Shown here in pieces: positions 25,595 to 38,802 of a stretch of DNA of 64,000 nucleotides. Source of the stretch: Mobula hypostoma (lineage: Eukaryota); the NCBI RefSeq assembly GCF_963921235.1, contig NC_086097.1:148182001-148246000 (forward strand), read 5' to 3'. A model generated the notes under the pieces. The model saw only the letters and a program-made list of their open reading frames with translations, was not told where the DNA came from and ran no database searches. A program made the translations under genes and the position numbers. The stretch's first letter is position 1. Each line of letters begins with the position of its first letter.

Positions 25595-26530
25595 ATGACT
25601 GTGAGGGCAGTTTGCTGTTCTTGGTGTCGGATGTGGGCGGCCCTGGAGTCTCCAAGCCTCCCGGACGTCTACATCTGCGCCAAGTGCATCGAGATGCAGT
25701 TCCTAAGGGACCGCGTTACGGAACTGGAGCTGCAGCTCGATGACCTTCGTCTGGTCAGGGAGAGCGAGGAGGTGATAAAGAGGAGTGGAAGGCAGGTGGT
25801 CACACCGGGGCCACGGGAGGCAGACAAGTGGGTCACGGTTAGGAGGGGGAAGGGGAAAAGTCAGGTGATGGGGAGTACCCCGGTGGCTGTGCCCCTTAAC
25901 AACAGGTACTCCTGTTTGAGTACTGTTGGAGGGGACAGCTTACCCGGGGGAAGCGACAGTGGCCCTGCCTCCAGCACAGAGTCTGGCCCTGTAGCTCAGA
26001 AGGGTAGGGCAAGGAAGAGGAGGGCAGTTGTGATAGGGGACTCGATAGTAAGGGGGTCAGATAGGCGATTCTGTGGACGCAGTCCAGAGACCCGGATGGT
26101 AGTTTGCCTCCCTGGTGCCAGGGTCCGGGATATTTCTGATCGTGTCCAAGATATCCTGAAGTGGGAGGGTGAGGAGCCAGAGGTCGTGGTACATATAGGT
26201 ACCAATGACATAGGTAGGAAAAGGGACGAGGTCCTGAAAGGAGAATATAGGGAGCTAGGAAGGGAGTTGAGAAAAAGGACCGCAAAGGTAGTAATCTCGG
26301 GATTACTGCCTGTGCCACGCGACAGTGAGAGTAGGAATGCGATGAGGTGGAGGATAAATGCGTGGCTGAGGGATTGGAGCAAGGGGCAGGGATTCAAGTT
26401 TTTGGATCATTGGGACCTCTTTTGGTGCAGGCGTGACCTGTACAAAAAGGACGGGTTACACTTGAATCCTAGGGGGACCAATATCCTGGCAGGGAGATTA
26501 GCGGGGGCTACTGAGGTGACTTTAAACTAG
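25595..26530 (+). CDS. CR1 ORF1p: zinc finger/coiled coil + SGNH esterase (311 aa, uninterrupted)
   Basis: CxxC..CxxC then a leucine heptad; SGNH blocks GDSIV, PGA, HIGTND, DGLH. Confidence 0.9.
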   Translation: MTVRAVCCSWCRMWAALESPSLPDVYICAKCIEMQFLRDRVTELELQLDDLRLVRESEEVIKRSGRQVVTPGPREADKWVTVRRGKGKSQVMGSTPVAVPLNNRYSCLSTVGGDSLPGGSDSGPASSTESGPVAQKGRARKRRAVVIGDSIVRGSDRRFCGRSPETRMVVCLPGARVRDISDRVQDILKWEGEEPEVVVHIGTNDIGRKRDEVLKGEYRELGRELRKRTAKVVISGLLPVPRDSESRNAMRWRINAWLRDWSKGQGFKFLDHWDLFWCRRDLYKKDGLHLNPRGTNILAGRLAGATEVTLN

Positions 26531-29500
26531 AATGGTTGGGGGGTGGGAATCAAATTAAAGAGGCTAGGCGTGAGGAGGTTAGTTCACAACAGAGGGATGG
26601 GAACCAGTGCAGAGAGACAGAGGGGTGTAAAGTGAGCGTAGAAGCAAAAAGTACAAAGGAGAAAAGTAAAAGTGGCAGGCCGACAAATCCAGGGCAAGCA
26701 TTAAAAAGGGCCACTTTTCAACATAATTGTATAAGGGCTAAGAGAGTTGTAAAAGAGCGCCTGAAGGCTTTGTGTGTCAATGCAAGGAGCATTCGTAATA
26801 AGGTGGATGAATTGAAAGTGCAGATTGTTATTAATGATTATGATATAGTTGGGATCACAGAGACATGGCTCCAGGGTGACCAGGGATGGGAGCTCAACGT
26901 TCAGGGATATTCAATATTCAGGAGCGATAGACATGAAGGAAGGGGAGGTGGGGTGGCGTTGCTGGTTAAAAAAGAGATTAACGCAATAGAAAGGAAGGAC
27001 ATAAGCCGGGAAGATGTGGAATCGATATGGGTAGAGCTGCGTAACACTAAGGGGCAGAAGACGCTGGTGGGAGTTGTGTACAGGCCACCTAACAGTAGTA
27101 GTGAGGTCGGAGATGGTATTAAACAGGAAATTAGAAATGTGTGCAATAAAGGAACAGCAGTTATAATGGGTGATACAATTATAACAAGCAGTTATAATCT
27201 ACATGTAGACTGGGTGAACCAAATTGGTAAAGGTGCTGAGGAAGAGGATTTCTTGGAATGTATGCGGGATGGTTTTTTGAACCAACATGTCGAGGAACCA
27301 ACTAGAGAGCAGGCTATTCTGGACTGGGTTTTGAGCAATGAGGAAGGGTTAATTAGCGATCTTGTCGTGAGAGGCCCCTTGGGTAAGAGTGACCATAATA
27401 TGGTGGAATTCTTCATTAACATGGAGAGTGACATAGTTAATTCAGAAACAAAGGTTCTGAACTTAAAGAGGGGTAACTTTGAAGGTATGAGACGTGAATT
27501 AGCTAAGATAGACTGGCAAATGACACTTAAAGGATTGACGGTGGATATGCAATGGCAGGCATTTAAAGGTTGCATGGATGAACTACAACAATTGTTCATC
27601 CCAGTTTGGCAAAAGAATAAATCAAGGAAGGTAGTGCACCCGTGGCTGACAAGAGAAATTAGGGATAGTATCAATTCCAAAGAAGTAGCATACAAATTAG
27701 CTAGAGAAAGTGGCTCACCTGAGGACTGGGAGAAATTCAGAGTCAGCAGAGGAGGACAAAGGGCTTAATTAGGAAGGGGAAAAAAGATTATGAGAGAAAA
27801 CTGGCAGAGAACATAAAAACAGACTGTAAAAGCTTTTATAGATATGTAAAAAGGAAAAGACTGATAAAGACAAATGTAGGTCCCCTGCAGACAGAAACAG
27901 GTGAATTGATTATGGGGAGCAAGGACATGGCAGACCAATTGAATAATTACTTTGGTTCTGTCTTTACTAAGGAGGACATAAATAATCTTCCAGAAATAGT
28001 AAGGGACAGAGGGTCCAGTGAGATGGAGGAACTGAGTGAAATACATGTTAGTAGGGAAGTGGTGTTAGGTAAATTGAAGGGATTGAAGGCAGATAAATCC
28101 CCAGGGCCAGATGGTCTGCATCCTAGAGTGCTTAAGGAGGTAGCCCAAGAAATAGTGGATGCATTAGTGATAATTTTTCAAAACTTGTTAGATTCTGGAC
28201 TAGTTCCTGAGGATTGGAGGGTGGCTAATGTAACCCCACTTGTTAAAAAAGGAGAGAAAAACCAGGGAATTATAGGCTGGTTAGCCTAACGTCGGTGGTG
28301 GGGAAACTGCTAGAGTCAGTTATCAAGGATGTGATAACAGCACATTTGGAAAGCGGTGAAATGATCGGACAAAGTCAGCATGGATTTGTGAAAGGAAAAT
28401 CATGTCTGACGAATCTCATAGAATTTTTTGAGGATGTAACTAGTAGAGTGGATAGGGGAGAACCAGTAGATGTGGTATATTTGGATTTTCAAAAGGCTTT
28501 TGAGAAGGTCCCACACAGGAGATTAGTGTGCAAACTTAAAGCACACGTTATTGGGGGTAAGGTATTGGTGTGGGTGGAGAATTGGTTAGCAGACAGGAAG
28601 CAAAGAGTGGGAATAAATGGGACCTTTTCAGAATGGCAGGCGGTGACTAGTGGGGGTACCGCAAGGCTCAGTGCTGGGACCTCAGTTGTTTACAATATAT
28701 ATTAATGACTTGGATGAGGGAATTAAATGCAGCATCTCCAAGTTTGCGGATGACACGAAGCTGGGTGGCAGTGTTAGCAGTGAGGAGGATGCTAAGAGGA
28801 TGCAGGGTGACTTGGATAGGTTGGGTGAGTGGGCAAACTCATGGCAGATGCAATTTAATGTGGATAAATGTGAAGTTATCCACTTTGGTGGCAAAAATAG
28901 GAAAACAGATTATTATCTGAATGGTGGCCGATTAGGAAAAGGGGAGGTGCAACGAGACCTGGGTGTCATTATACACCAGTCATTGAAAGTGGGCATGCAG
29001 GTACAGCAGGCGGTGAAAAAGGCGAACGGTATGCTGGCATTTATAGCGAGAGGATTCGAGTACAGGAGCAGGAGGTACTACTGCAGTTGTACAAGGCCTT
29101 GGTGAGACCACACCTGGAGTATTGTGTGCAGTTTTGGTCCCCTAATCTGAGGAAAGACATCTTTGCCATAGAGGGAGTACAAAGAAGGTTCACCAGATTG
29201 ATTCCTGGGATGGCAGGACTTTCATATGAAGAAAGACTGGATGAACTGGGCTTGTACTCATTGAAATTTAGAAGATTGAGGGGGGATCTGATTGAAACGT
29301 ATAAGATCCTAAAGGGATTGGACAGGCTAGATGCGGGAAGATTGTTCCCGATGTTGGGGAGGTCCAGAACGAGGGGTCACAGTTTGAGGATAGAGGGGAA
29401 GCCTTTTAGGACCGAGATTAGGAAAAACTTCTTCACACAGAGAGTGGTGAATCTGTGGAATTCTCTGCCACAGCAAACTGTTGAGGCCAGTTCATTGGCT

Positions 29501-29575
29501 ATGTTTAAGAGGGAGTTAGATATGGCCCTTGTGGCTACAGGGGTCAGGGGGTATGGAGGGAAGGCTGGGTTCTGA
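26521..29575 (+). pseudogene. CR1 ORF2 (APE endonuclease + RT) with several frameshifts
   Basis: NARSIRNK, GITETWL, YRPPN, LDWVL, SDHN; RT GVPQGSVLGP, KFADDTK; frameshifts near 27740, 28255, 28652 and 29072. Confidence 0.93.
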
Positions 29576-30145
29576 GTTGGATGATCAGCCATGATCATAA
29601 TAAATGGCGGTGCAGGCTCGAAGGGCCGAATGGCCTACTCCTGCACCTATTTTCTATGTTTCTATGTTAATATTTGCTCCACATAGCCTGCAACATTCCC
29701 ATGTATGTCTCTTAACCAATCCAGACCAGTTTAAGACTATCATATTTCAAATGTCAAATTATATCTTTAATAAATGCATAACTCTCTTTGGTATTCATTT
29801 ACTTTGGACTTGAAACTATTATGGAAAAACAAGACATTCGCAATAAAATTAAACCTTCTTAAGGCAGAGTACTTAATGGACTGTTGGTGTGCAATTGTCT
29901 ATCCCTTTTTGGAAACAGGAATAGCATTATTAATCACCTATCAACCAATACCACTCCTGTTCCAAATGGTTGTTAAAAAATAGTTCCGTTGTTATTTCAA
30001 ACATTGCATCATTGAACAACCTTAGAGTAGCAATATAATCAAAGATTGAAGGTCGATATATCTATCGCACAACTTTAATTATACACAAATTGCCACCGCA
30101 GATTTCACAAGAGAGCCAATAATCTAGAATTTGTCAGAATTAAAA

Positions 30146-30875
30146 GACAATAGACAATAGACAATAGACAATAGGTGCAGAAGTAGACCATTCGGCCCTT
30201 CGAGCCTGCACCACCATTCTGAGATCATGGCTGATCATCTACTATCAATACCCGGTTCCTGCCTTGTCCCCATAACCCTTGATTCCCCTATCCATAAGAT
30301 ACCTATCTAGCTCCTTCTTGAAAGCATCCAGAGAATTGGCCTCCACTGCCTTCTGAGGCAGCGCGTTCCACACCTCCACAACTCTCTGGGAGAAGTTCCT
30401 CCTCAACTCTGTCCTAAATGACCTACCCCTTATTCTTAAACCATGTCCTCTGGTACTGGACTCTCCCAGCATCTGGAACATCTTTCCTGCCTCTATCCTG
30501 TCCAATCCCTTAATAATCTTATATGTCTCAATCAGATCCCCCCTCAATCTCCTTAATTCCAGCATGTACAAGCCCAGTCTCTCTAACCTCTCTGCGTAAG
30601 ACAGTCCGGACATCCCGGGAATTAACCTAGTGAACCTACGCTGCACCTCCTCCACAGCCAGGATGTCCTTCCTTAACCCTGGAGACCAAAACTGCACACA
30701 ATACTCCAGGTGTGGTCTCACCAGGGCCCTGTACAAATGCAAAAGGATTTCCTTGCTCTTGTACTCAATTCCCTTTGTAATAAAGGCCAACATTCCATTA
30801 GCCTTCTTCACTGCCTACTGCACTTGCTCATTCACCTTCAGAGACTGATGAACAAGTACTCCTAGATCTCCTTGT
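30146..30875 (-). mobile_element. CR1 3' fragment with (TCTATTG)n tail
   Basis: ORF 30245-30811 KKANGMLAFI..VRPHLEYC..GIKGYG; caataga repeats at 30148-30175. Confidence 0.93.
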
Positions 30876-32041
30876 AAAGGGGAGTGTAGTAGGTGTCTTA
30901 GTAAAGGTAGTCAACTTCTCAGCTCTGATGAAGTAAATTTCAGAAAGGACAGCAGTTTTGCTTTAGGAAATTGAAGTGTGGTGTATTAGAGATCTGCTCC
31001 TAAAATCGAGGAATCTGGCTGAAGAAAAATTGAGATATTTTACATTTTTGTTAAAAAGATATACTTCGAAAACAATTAACATCAGCAATCGGCCAAACAA
31101 TTCTCCGCTTCAAAGAATGTATATTTATATATTACCTTTAATATAGGGGAAAAAAGCATCTCCAGGTACTTCAGAAGAGTATAATTAGACAGACTGAATA
31201 CAAGAATCAGAATTAGAATCAGGTTTACTATCACTAACATACGTCATGATAGTTATTGTTTTGCAGTAGCAATACCATGCAAGACATAAAAATTACTAAA
31301 AGTTACAAGGATAAATAAATGATAGAAAAGAGAAATAACAAGGTAATGTTCGTGGTTTCATAGCACAGTCAAAAAATTTGATGAGGAGATTTGGCATGTC
31401 AATAAAGACTCTTGCAAATTTCTACAGATATATGCTAGAGAGCATTCTGACTAGTTGCATCACCACCTGGTTGTAAAGATGAACACTAAACACAGGCTAA
31501 GAAAGCCAAGTTACTCGGATGGGGTTAGTGAAAAAGGGTGTGGGTGAGATTTAGGCAGGGAATTGGGCCATTTGGTTCATAACAGTGGTGAAGCACATGG
31601 AGAGAGGATTTTATATGGCAACAGCTGGAAAAAGGCAAAATTCATGGAAGAAGTTGCGGAGGTGAGAAGCAAATCAATGGCCGTAGCAATAGGACAAGAG
31701 TGAACAATTTTCTCTAAAATTTGATCTTGGGAGGTGCATTGCTAATGAGTGGCTCTTACAGAACTTACATTGCAATAATTCTAATGCTGATTTTTGTCTA
31801 AAGACTTTCTCTGTATTGTAAAGAAGCCAGCAGTTGGCAATTTCATTAACAATTTATTGATTTTGCTGTATTCTTTAATGAACATGATTCAAATTCATTG
31901 AAGGAAGGTAAAATTTGTCTCTTTCTTCCATTTCCATGAATTGTTCACCTTTAACTAGTACAAAATCGATGAGTGAAAAAGCTTCAGTACTGCATTCCTC
32001 CTTCACCACCACTTCCGCACCTCCCCTCCCCAAACCACTTA

Positions 32042-32518
32042 CACACACTTCATGGACACTTCGTTAGGTACCTCCTGGTCCTCTGCAGCTGTAGCCCATC
32101 CACAGAGTTTGAGTTCAGGGATGGTCTTCTGCACACCACTGTGGTAACACAGGGTTATTTGAATTACTGTAGCCCTTCTGTCAGCTTGAACCAGTCTGGA
32201 CATTCTCATTAACAAGGTGTTTTTGCCCACAGAACTGCTGCTCTCTGGATGTTTTTGTGTTTTTCACACCATTCCCTATAAATTCTAGAGTTCAGTATTT
32301 TCTGAGATACTCAAACCACCCTGCCACCAACAATCATTCCATAGTCAAATTCACTTATATCACATTCCTTCCCCATTCTTATGTCTGAAAAACAGCTTAA
32401 ACTGATGACCATTTCTGCATGCTTTATTGCGTTGAGTTTCTGTCACATGATTGGCTGATTAGCTATTTGTATTAACAAGCAGGTGTACACATCTACCTAA
32501 TAAAGTGACCACTTTGTG
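32042..32518 (-). mobile_element. Non-autonomous Tc1/mariner element
   Basis: TA flanks; TIR resembling CACTCAGTGGCCACTTTATTAGGTA; remnant RMSRLVQADRRATVIQIT of the Tc1 HTH. Confidence 0.8.
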
Positions 32519-34074
32519 TATCCCCCTAATTTTAACTCCAGTAATCTTGCAAAGTTGATATGTTGCGACTAAGCATTTGAAATTACAAAGCAGTAGACAA
32601 AATAGTTAAGTTATTTGGCTGTTTTAGAAGGCATGACCATAATGGGCAGAGTATCTTGTGGTGAGGAAATCTGGGAGGATATTGGACCATGTGTGTGTTG
32701 CTTGACATGTGATAAATATTACATGCGGCTTCATTCTGTCTGCAGAGGCATTACAAGACATTCTTTTACCTTGTGTGCATTGGTAGCAATGAGCTCATAG
32801 TAGCGCTAACAAATATTGCTCCTTGATACCAGTGATCTAATTGCAACATATTAACCAACTGTAACTTATTTTTATGGTTAACCCCAAATCAGGGTGCACT
32901 AATGGGCATGGGATTTAGGACAAGAGATGCACTGTAACTCTCCAACAAGGACAAAATATATGGTTTAAATATTATTAAAGGAGCCAGAAGGAGCAGACAT
33001 ACTATTTCAGAATTCACTATCATTGTTTTAGATAGTCAGTGGGATGCAGTTTTCCAAGAATGCTGTGTAATGCTGGGAGCACATCACTTCCGATTCAGTG
33101 GAGTCTGGATCTTTTTGGTCCTGGTTAACAAGGGACAACTTGGAGAATATGCTTGGATTAACTGATGGAGCTTCTGATTCCCTTTGCCAAGTGCTTTACT
33201 GTATCTGCAAGGGCTACACATTGATGCTTCCATAAACTTTTAACATCTTCCTTTCTCAGCATCTGTCTTTCCATTGAATAAAAAGAAAATCATGGAAGTA
33301 ACATTCTTCAATGAATGATCAAGCTTCTTAATTGGCATTGTGATAATGCAGATAACATGCAATAGTATGAAATGGGCAACGTAGAGTCAGAAACTGATTT
33401 GAAGCCTTTCCTAATTTTTACTTCCTTGCAAGCAAGTACAGAGAGTGTGAGGACTTCACATGCTCAACAACAGAAATAATTTTAAGCTAAAAGGCAGGAG
33501 CAAGAAGCAATCAAAAAGGCTAATAGTATTTTTCCTTTTATCTCAAAGAGGCTAGATTACTGAGTGGAGAAGTATATTTTTCAGTTGACAAGAGTGTTGG
33601 CCTGATCCCATCTGAGAACTATTGCCTACTAAAAGAGCCATATCTAATTAAATAGCAGTATGAAACATTTCTGCTCTCCTGGATCTACCTTCTTCTGTTT
33701 TTCTGTTGCTCTAATTCAGAAAGGAATGATTTACCATGATAAATAGAACAGATTTTTCAGTGCTTGCCTGATTTTCAAAAAATAAATTATTGGGCACAAA
33801 AATCTAACAGAGTACGATATGGCAGTTCTCCCAGTTGACTACCCCAACATAGCGAAGGTGAATAGTAATCCTTCACTCTTTGATTAGCACCTGATACTTT
33901 CATATTGTTATACTTATTATAAGATTTTGCTAATCAAATATGTTTGCTGTCAGAGAATTCCAGTCTATTCTTCTCCCCCAATTTACCCTATTCCCTTCCA
34001 CATGTCCAAAAACACACCCCACAGCCTAAATCTCCTGAAACCCACCTACATCAGCAGGGAAAATATTGGAAATA

Positions 34075-35690
34075 TTAAGGATGAGATTTATGATTGTTTG
34101 GAAAGACAGGGACTGATAGAGGAGACTAGGCATAGTTTTGTATGGTAAATCCTGCCTCACAAATTTGATTGACATTTTGGAGGCAGTCACTAAGAAGACA
34201 GGGTTGTAGACATGACCTTAGCAGACTTTTGACAAAGTCCTGGATGATAGACTGGTCCTCAAATTTAGGACACATTGGATTCAAGGTGCTTGGTAAAGTT
34301 GATCCTAAATTGGCCTGCTGAGAGAAGCAGAGAATAGTGCTGAATAGTACTGATTGAAAGTCTGTAATCAGCAGTGTACTGGAGGGATCAGAGCTGGGAC
34401 CTTTGGCATATATACTTATAGTGCCCTTGACATCATGGCAACATTAGACCAAGTGTGGTATCAAGGAGACAAGGGGAAACCAAAAGGAAAACACCCCAAT
34501 ATTTGGAGATATACCTCACATAAAAGAAGAAGGGAGGTGTTCAATTTTATTGTCGTTTAAGCATACACGTGCATACAGCTAAACGAAAGATTGTTCCTCA
34601 CCGACCAGGGTGCAAAACACAATGTAAGTAGTCACATACAGCACATATAGTTACAATCCAGCACTTACAGTCACAGAAGTTTAAAGTTCAAGATACATTT
34701 ATTATCAAAGTACATATATGTCACCATACAATCCTGAGATTCATTTCCTTGTGGGAATTCACAGTAAGTAACAAGAAACACAACAGAATCAATGAAAGAC
34801 CACACCCAGCAGCACAGGCAAACAACCAGTGTGCAAAAGGCAACAAGCTGTGCAAATACAAAAAGAAAGAACAATAAAAGAAATAATAATAATAATAAAT
34901 AAGCAATAAATATCGAGAACATGAGATGAGGAGTCCTCGAAAGTGAGTCCATAGGTTGGGTTGTGAGAACAGTTCAGTTCAGTTAAAGGCAAGGGACGTT
35001 CAGTGAAGTTACCCCTCTAGTCCAACAGCCTGATGGTTGAGAGGAGAAAACTGTTCCTGAACCCGGTGGTGTGGTCCTGAGGCTCCTGTACCACCTTCTC
35101 AATGGCAGCAGCAAGAACAGAGCACAAGGTAATATTAGCTCAAGTCTCTGAGTCTGTAATGATGGTTACCATAGGGACTGATGCTGAGACCTGTTTAGTT
35201 TGCTATATATTATAAATAACTTGGATGAGAATGCCTGTGGTCTGATAAGCAAGATATCTGATGGTATGAAGATTTGTGAGGTTATTGATAGCTAGGCTGG
35301 TTGCCTAAGCATACACAGGGACATAGATCATCTGGAACTTGGGCAGGGTGGGAGCAGCTGGAATTTAATCCACAAAATTGTGAGGTAATGTATTTTTGGT
35401 CGTCTAATACTGAACATATACAGTCAATGAGATGGAGTTTAGAAGAGATGATGTGCAGAGGGATTTCTGGGTACATGCTCCTAAACTCCCTGAAAATAGT
35501 GACACAGGTGGATAGGGTCGTGAAGAAGATATTAGGTTTGCCTGCCTTCGTAGAAGTAATAAGTATAAGAGTTGGAACATCCTGTTGCTGCTGTACAAGA
35601 TATTGGTTAGGCCACATGGCCTTAGTTCTAGTCACCATATTATACAAAAGATGTGATAGTACCAGGAAAACGCAGAAAAGATTCATCTTC
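34075..35690 (+). mobile_element. Old CR1 RT fragments interrupted by a minus-strand Rex tail (about 34675-35125)
   Basis: aaatcctgcctcacaaatttgattga, tttgacaaagtc, gaatttaatccacaaaattgtgaggtaatg are decayed CR1 RT; the Rex tail matches 19520-19820. Confidence 0.65.
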
Positions 35691-35694
35691 CAGT

Positions 35695-36010
35695 GAGCCC
35701 ATGCTGCCAAATCATACCAATGTGACCAATTAACCTGCTAACTCACACGTCTTTGGACTGTGGGAGGAAACCGGAGCACCCAGAGGAAACCCATGTAGTC
35801 ACGGGGAGAATGTACAAACTCCTTATAGCTCTATGACAAGGGTGGCCAACACACCTACCAACCAGCATGTCTTTGGAATGTTGCAGGAAACTGGAATTGA
35901 CCAGGGAGAAGCCCACCTAGTCAGAGGGAAAACCTGCAAACTCCCAAGCTCAGAACCAAACCCAATCTATTGGAGCTGGGAGGAAGCAGTACTACCTGTT
36001 GCACCACTGA
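35695..36010 (-). mobile_element. Two HE1/V-SINE-type fragments
   Basis: ctttggactgtgggaggaaaccggagcacccagaggaaaccca is the reverse complement of the V-domain. Confidence 0.75.
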
Positions 36011-37756
36011 GCAGCCCTGTGAAGTGATCCTTGTCTTTTCTGCTAGTAAGAACCAGGACTGGTCTGATGAGAGTGACTAGGAGATCATAGAACCAGCTAA
36101 CAACAAAAATATAGCAATACTGGACTGGAAGTTACACTCCTCTCCAAGGGAAGAGAACATTCCTGGGAAGTCCAGCAGAAAAGCCATTTCCTAAAGGGTA
36201 GATGGTAGATAAAAAGAACATGCAAACCTCAGCCACTCCACAATTTGCCCAAGTTCCTCAGGACTATGATGGTTTTTCTGTGGTCCACATAACCGATGAC
36301 CGGCTCTACTGAGAGTCAAGAATGAGAGTGAACACTTAGAAGATAGATATATTTGCCACACACAAAAATAAATTCTAAACACCTTCTGAACCATGAAAGT
36401 CACATCACTACTCAATACCAGACAATCTCCTCTAAAAAGATCACAATGGGGAACAAAGGAAACAACTCCAGATAGTAATCTCTTTGTATGGGAGAGGCAA
36501 ATCACAGTAGCACTAAATTAAAAGCAGATATGAACTACAACAGGACTGGAAGGTGCTACAGGCATGCAGTTGATCAGTCCATCAGCATTTGTAGGAAAAA
36601 GAGAAAAATTAATATATCAGATAAAGCCTTTCCTTAAGAAGTTTTCTTTATAATCTGTTTGTGTCGCACTCAAAACATGGTTCCTGAAGAAAAAGAGAAA
36701 CAAATCCGAGTTTTTACCATTGTTTAAGTTATAACTAACAGCCTGTGTCGAAGAACAGTGGGTCAAATTTCCCCCCAATTAACTTTGACAAGAGCCTCAC
36801 CTGAATCTTTCATGAGCAGAGGAAATTTTAGCTTGTTTTAACTGTGGGCAGCTTTGTCAATAAGCAGGTTGTTTGTGTTGTAATGAATTATTGCTGAGGT
36901 TTCCCTTCCCGTTCTGTCTCCAATCCCTGTAGTTTGTACTCGTAAGACAGCAGCTTAAAGCACTAGAAATTTTATGAACAGGAAAAGGCCATTAGCCACA
37001 ACTAGCTCATCCTGACTTCTGACATCAAGGCCATTCTTGCCATTGGGATGATTAATTAGTAGCTTAAACAACAGCACAAATATTTCCTCTGGATCTTTCC
37101 TGTGAAATTGCAAGTGTACTAATTTAGATCACATTTATTTACCGTGCCACTACTTATGGTGATAAAAATATTCCTTTATATCTTACAGTGCTTTCTCCTG
37201 GCAGCAATGTAGTCAGTCATCTCCTGAGCTAATTTTGATTGCTCAGATCAGTTATATCTTATTACAAAGCTCAAATCCTGATTTCTTATCATGCCATCTC
37301 CTTCTCTGGTGCAGCACTCAGTTGTATCATGAACCATAGTAAAACATCAGAGGATGTTTCCAGTGCTAATACCAATACCGTAAGAAACAGAAGTTTCTAA
37401 TCTTCCTAATTGTTGAGCTGTGGTCCCATATTTTTAAAACATTTCATCACAATTCACTGCCTGTCCTCGTTATGTTCTCGGTTGCTTGTGTTGCACACAT
37501 GGAAGAGGTTGCAGGATGCTCTGCCTCTGCCATTTCCTAAACCTTATCAGTCATCAGTTAATTATCTCTCCGAGTGGAAACAAGTAACACAACACGGACA
37601 GTTTCATGTGTTGGCTGCTTTCAATTAACCACTCTGGCTATGAAACTGTATCCTGGTTCTCCTGCACATAGCTGGAATGTGAGTGAGAGTTTAGTTCATT
37701 CCCTTAACGTTCTGTACAATAAGTCATGACACAATGATTCTTTCTTCCCTTTCCAG

Positions 37757-37794
37757 AAATATGCAGGAAACGTGTCATACCCGGTTCCTCACCT
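37757..37794 (+). other. Candidate 38-nt micro-exon
   Basis: tctttcttccctttcCAG acceptor and GTAAGT donor; all three frames open; peptide not recognised. Confidence 0.2.
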
Positions 37795-38174
37795 GTAAGT
37801 AGTTTTCAAGCCTAAGGCCCAGTGTGTGGCAACAAGCTAATTATGCGCCGAAGGCACCAAGTTCATGACTAACGTTGTTTTTAACCATCTATACAGCTAC
37901 CTACCCCTACAGTAAAAATCAGTGGAGAATGATCAGGGACAGGAGCTGTCAATGTTTTCCAACTCGATTGCTGTAATATGCAATATCACCCACAACTCAT
38001 GTATAGAGTGAGGTTTGCCTTATAATATTTATAGCATTCTAACAAAAGTTATTACTATTATAAACATTTAGAGTGTGTGCTTCTAGGTAAAGTGTATTTA
38101 ATGGGTTACATCCTATTTCATATAAAAGGCCAAATCTAGGTGATTATATATACATATTTCCTAAGATGTTATAG

Positions 38175-38740
38175 ATGGAGTGGTAGTGGTGATAAGTTCC
38201 ATCTACCTATTAAATGCTCCCGATGTTGTGTGTCTCAAACAGGCTCTGACATCCCAGTTCCTGGCCTTCATGTGTGGCTTAGCTTCTAAGCCCCGTGGAA
38301 CTGTTTCTACTGATTGGAGAAGGGGCTAATATGGGTTAAAACCAGCTGCTTTGGGCAGGTGAGGATTGTAAACTGTGGCTGGTGGCTCATTGAAGAGAAA
38401 ATAGAACACTGGTCTCAAACGTCCACTGTCTTGCAGCTGTACCCACTCATGGGGAAGGCTTCGGGAGTAGACCTCAAAGAAAAAGTCTGGAGCTGGAGTC
38501 CTTAAAACAGTCCTACGTTGAGTTCAACGTTGACTGCCAACTCCTGTGATGCCACTGGAGCCAAACTGCATGGGTCTCTGCCGTTCTTTAGACATCATCA
38601 GCTGCATGGAGAGGGAGAGGCTGCTGCAGGGGCAACAGTTTGCTCTCCATATCATACTGTCCTGTCCTGGCTTGCACATCACATAGAAAGCTGGGATGCA
38701 ACATCTACGGTCAATCCCGACCAACGGAGGGCTGTATACA
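38175..38740 (+). mobile_element. Non-coding interspersed repeat resembling an RTE-type 5' region
   Basis: GC-richer block with hairpin ggcttag-ctt-ctaagcc, ending at a microsatellite; recognised by resemblance only. Confidence 0.4.
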
Positions 38741-38746
38741 TAGCCT

Positions 38747-38747
<1 letters not shown>

Positions 38748-38793
<46 letters not shown>

Positions 38794-38802
38794 CACACAC
38801 AC
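38748..38802. repeat. (CA)n(TA)n microsatellite
   Basis: Direct observation. Confidence 0.95.

Larger units (their letters stand above)
25132..29666 (+). mobile_element. Near full-length CR1 LINE
   Basis: CpG-rich 5' UTR, ORF1 esterase, ORF2 APE + RT, 3' stem-loop region and (TTCTATGT)n tail. Confidence 0.96.

Noticed and set aside
30920..30960. Further CTGATGA motifs as hammerheads (also about 57025)
   Set aside because: No supporting stems or GAAA-NUH arrangement
38250..38310. HDV-like ribozyme in RTE-like 5' regions (also 63640-63797)
   Set aside because: Hairpins are present but I could not fit the P1/P2/P3 nested pseudoknot by eye
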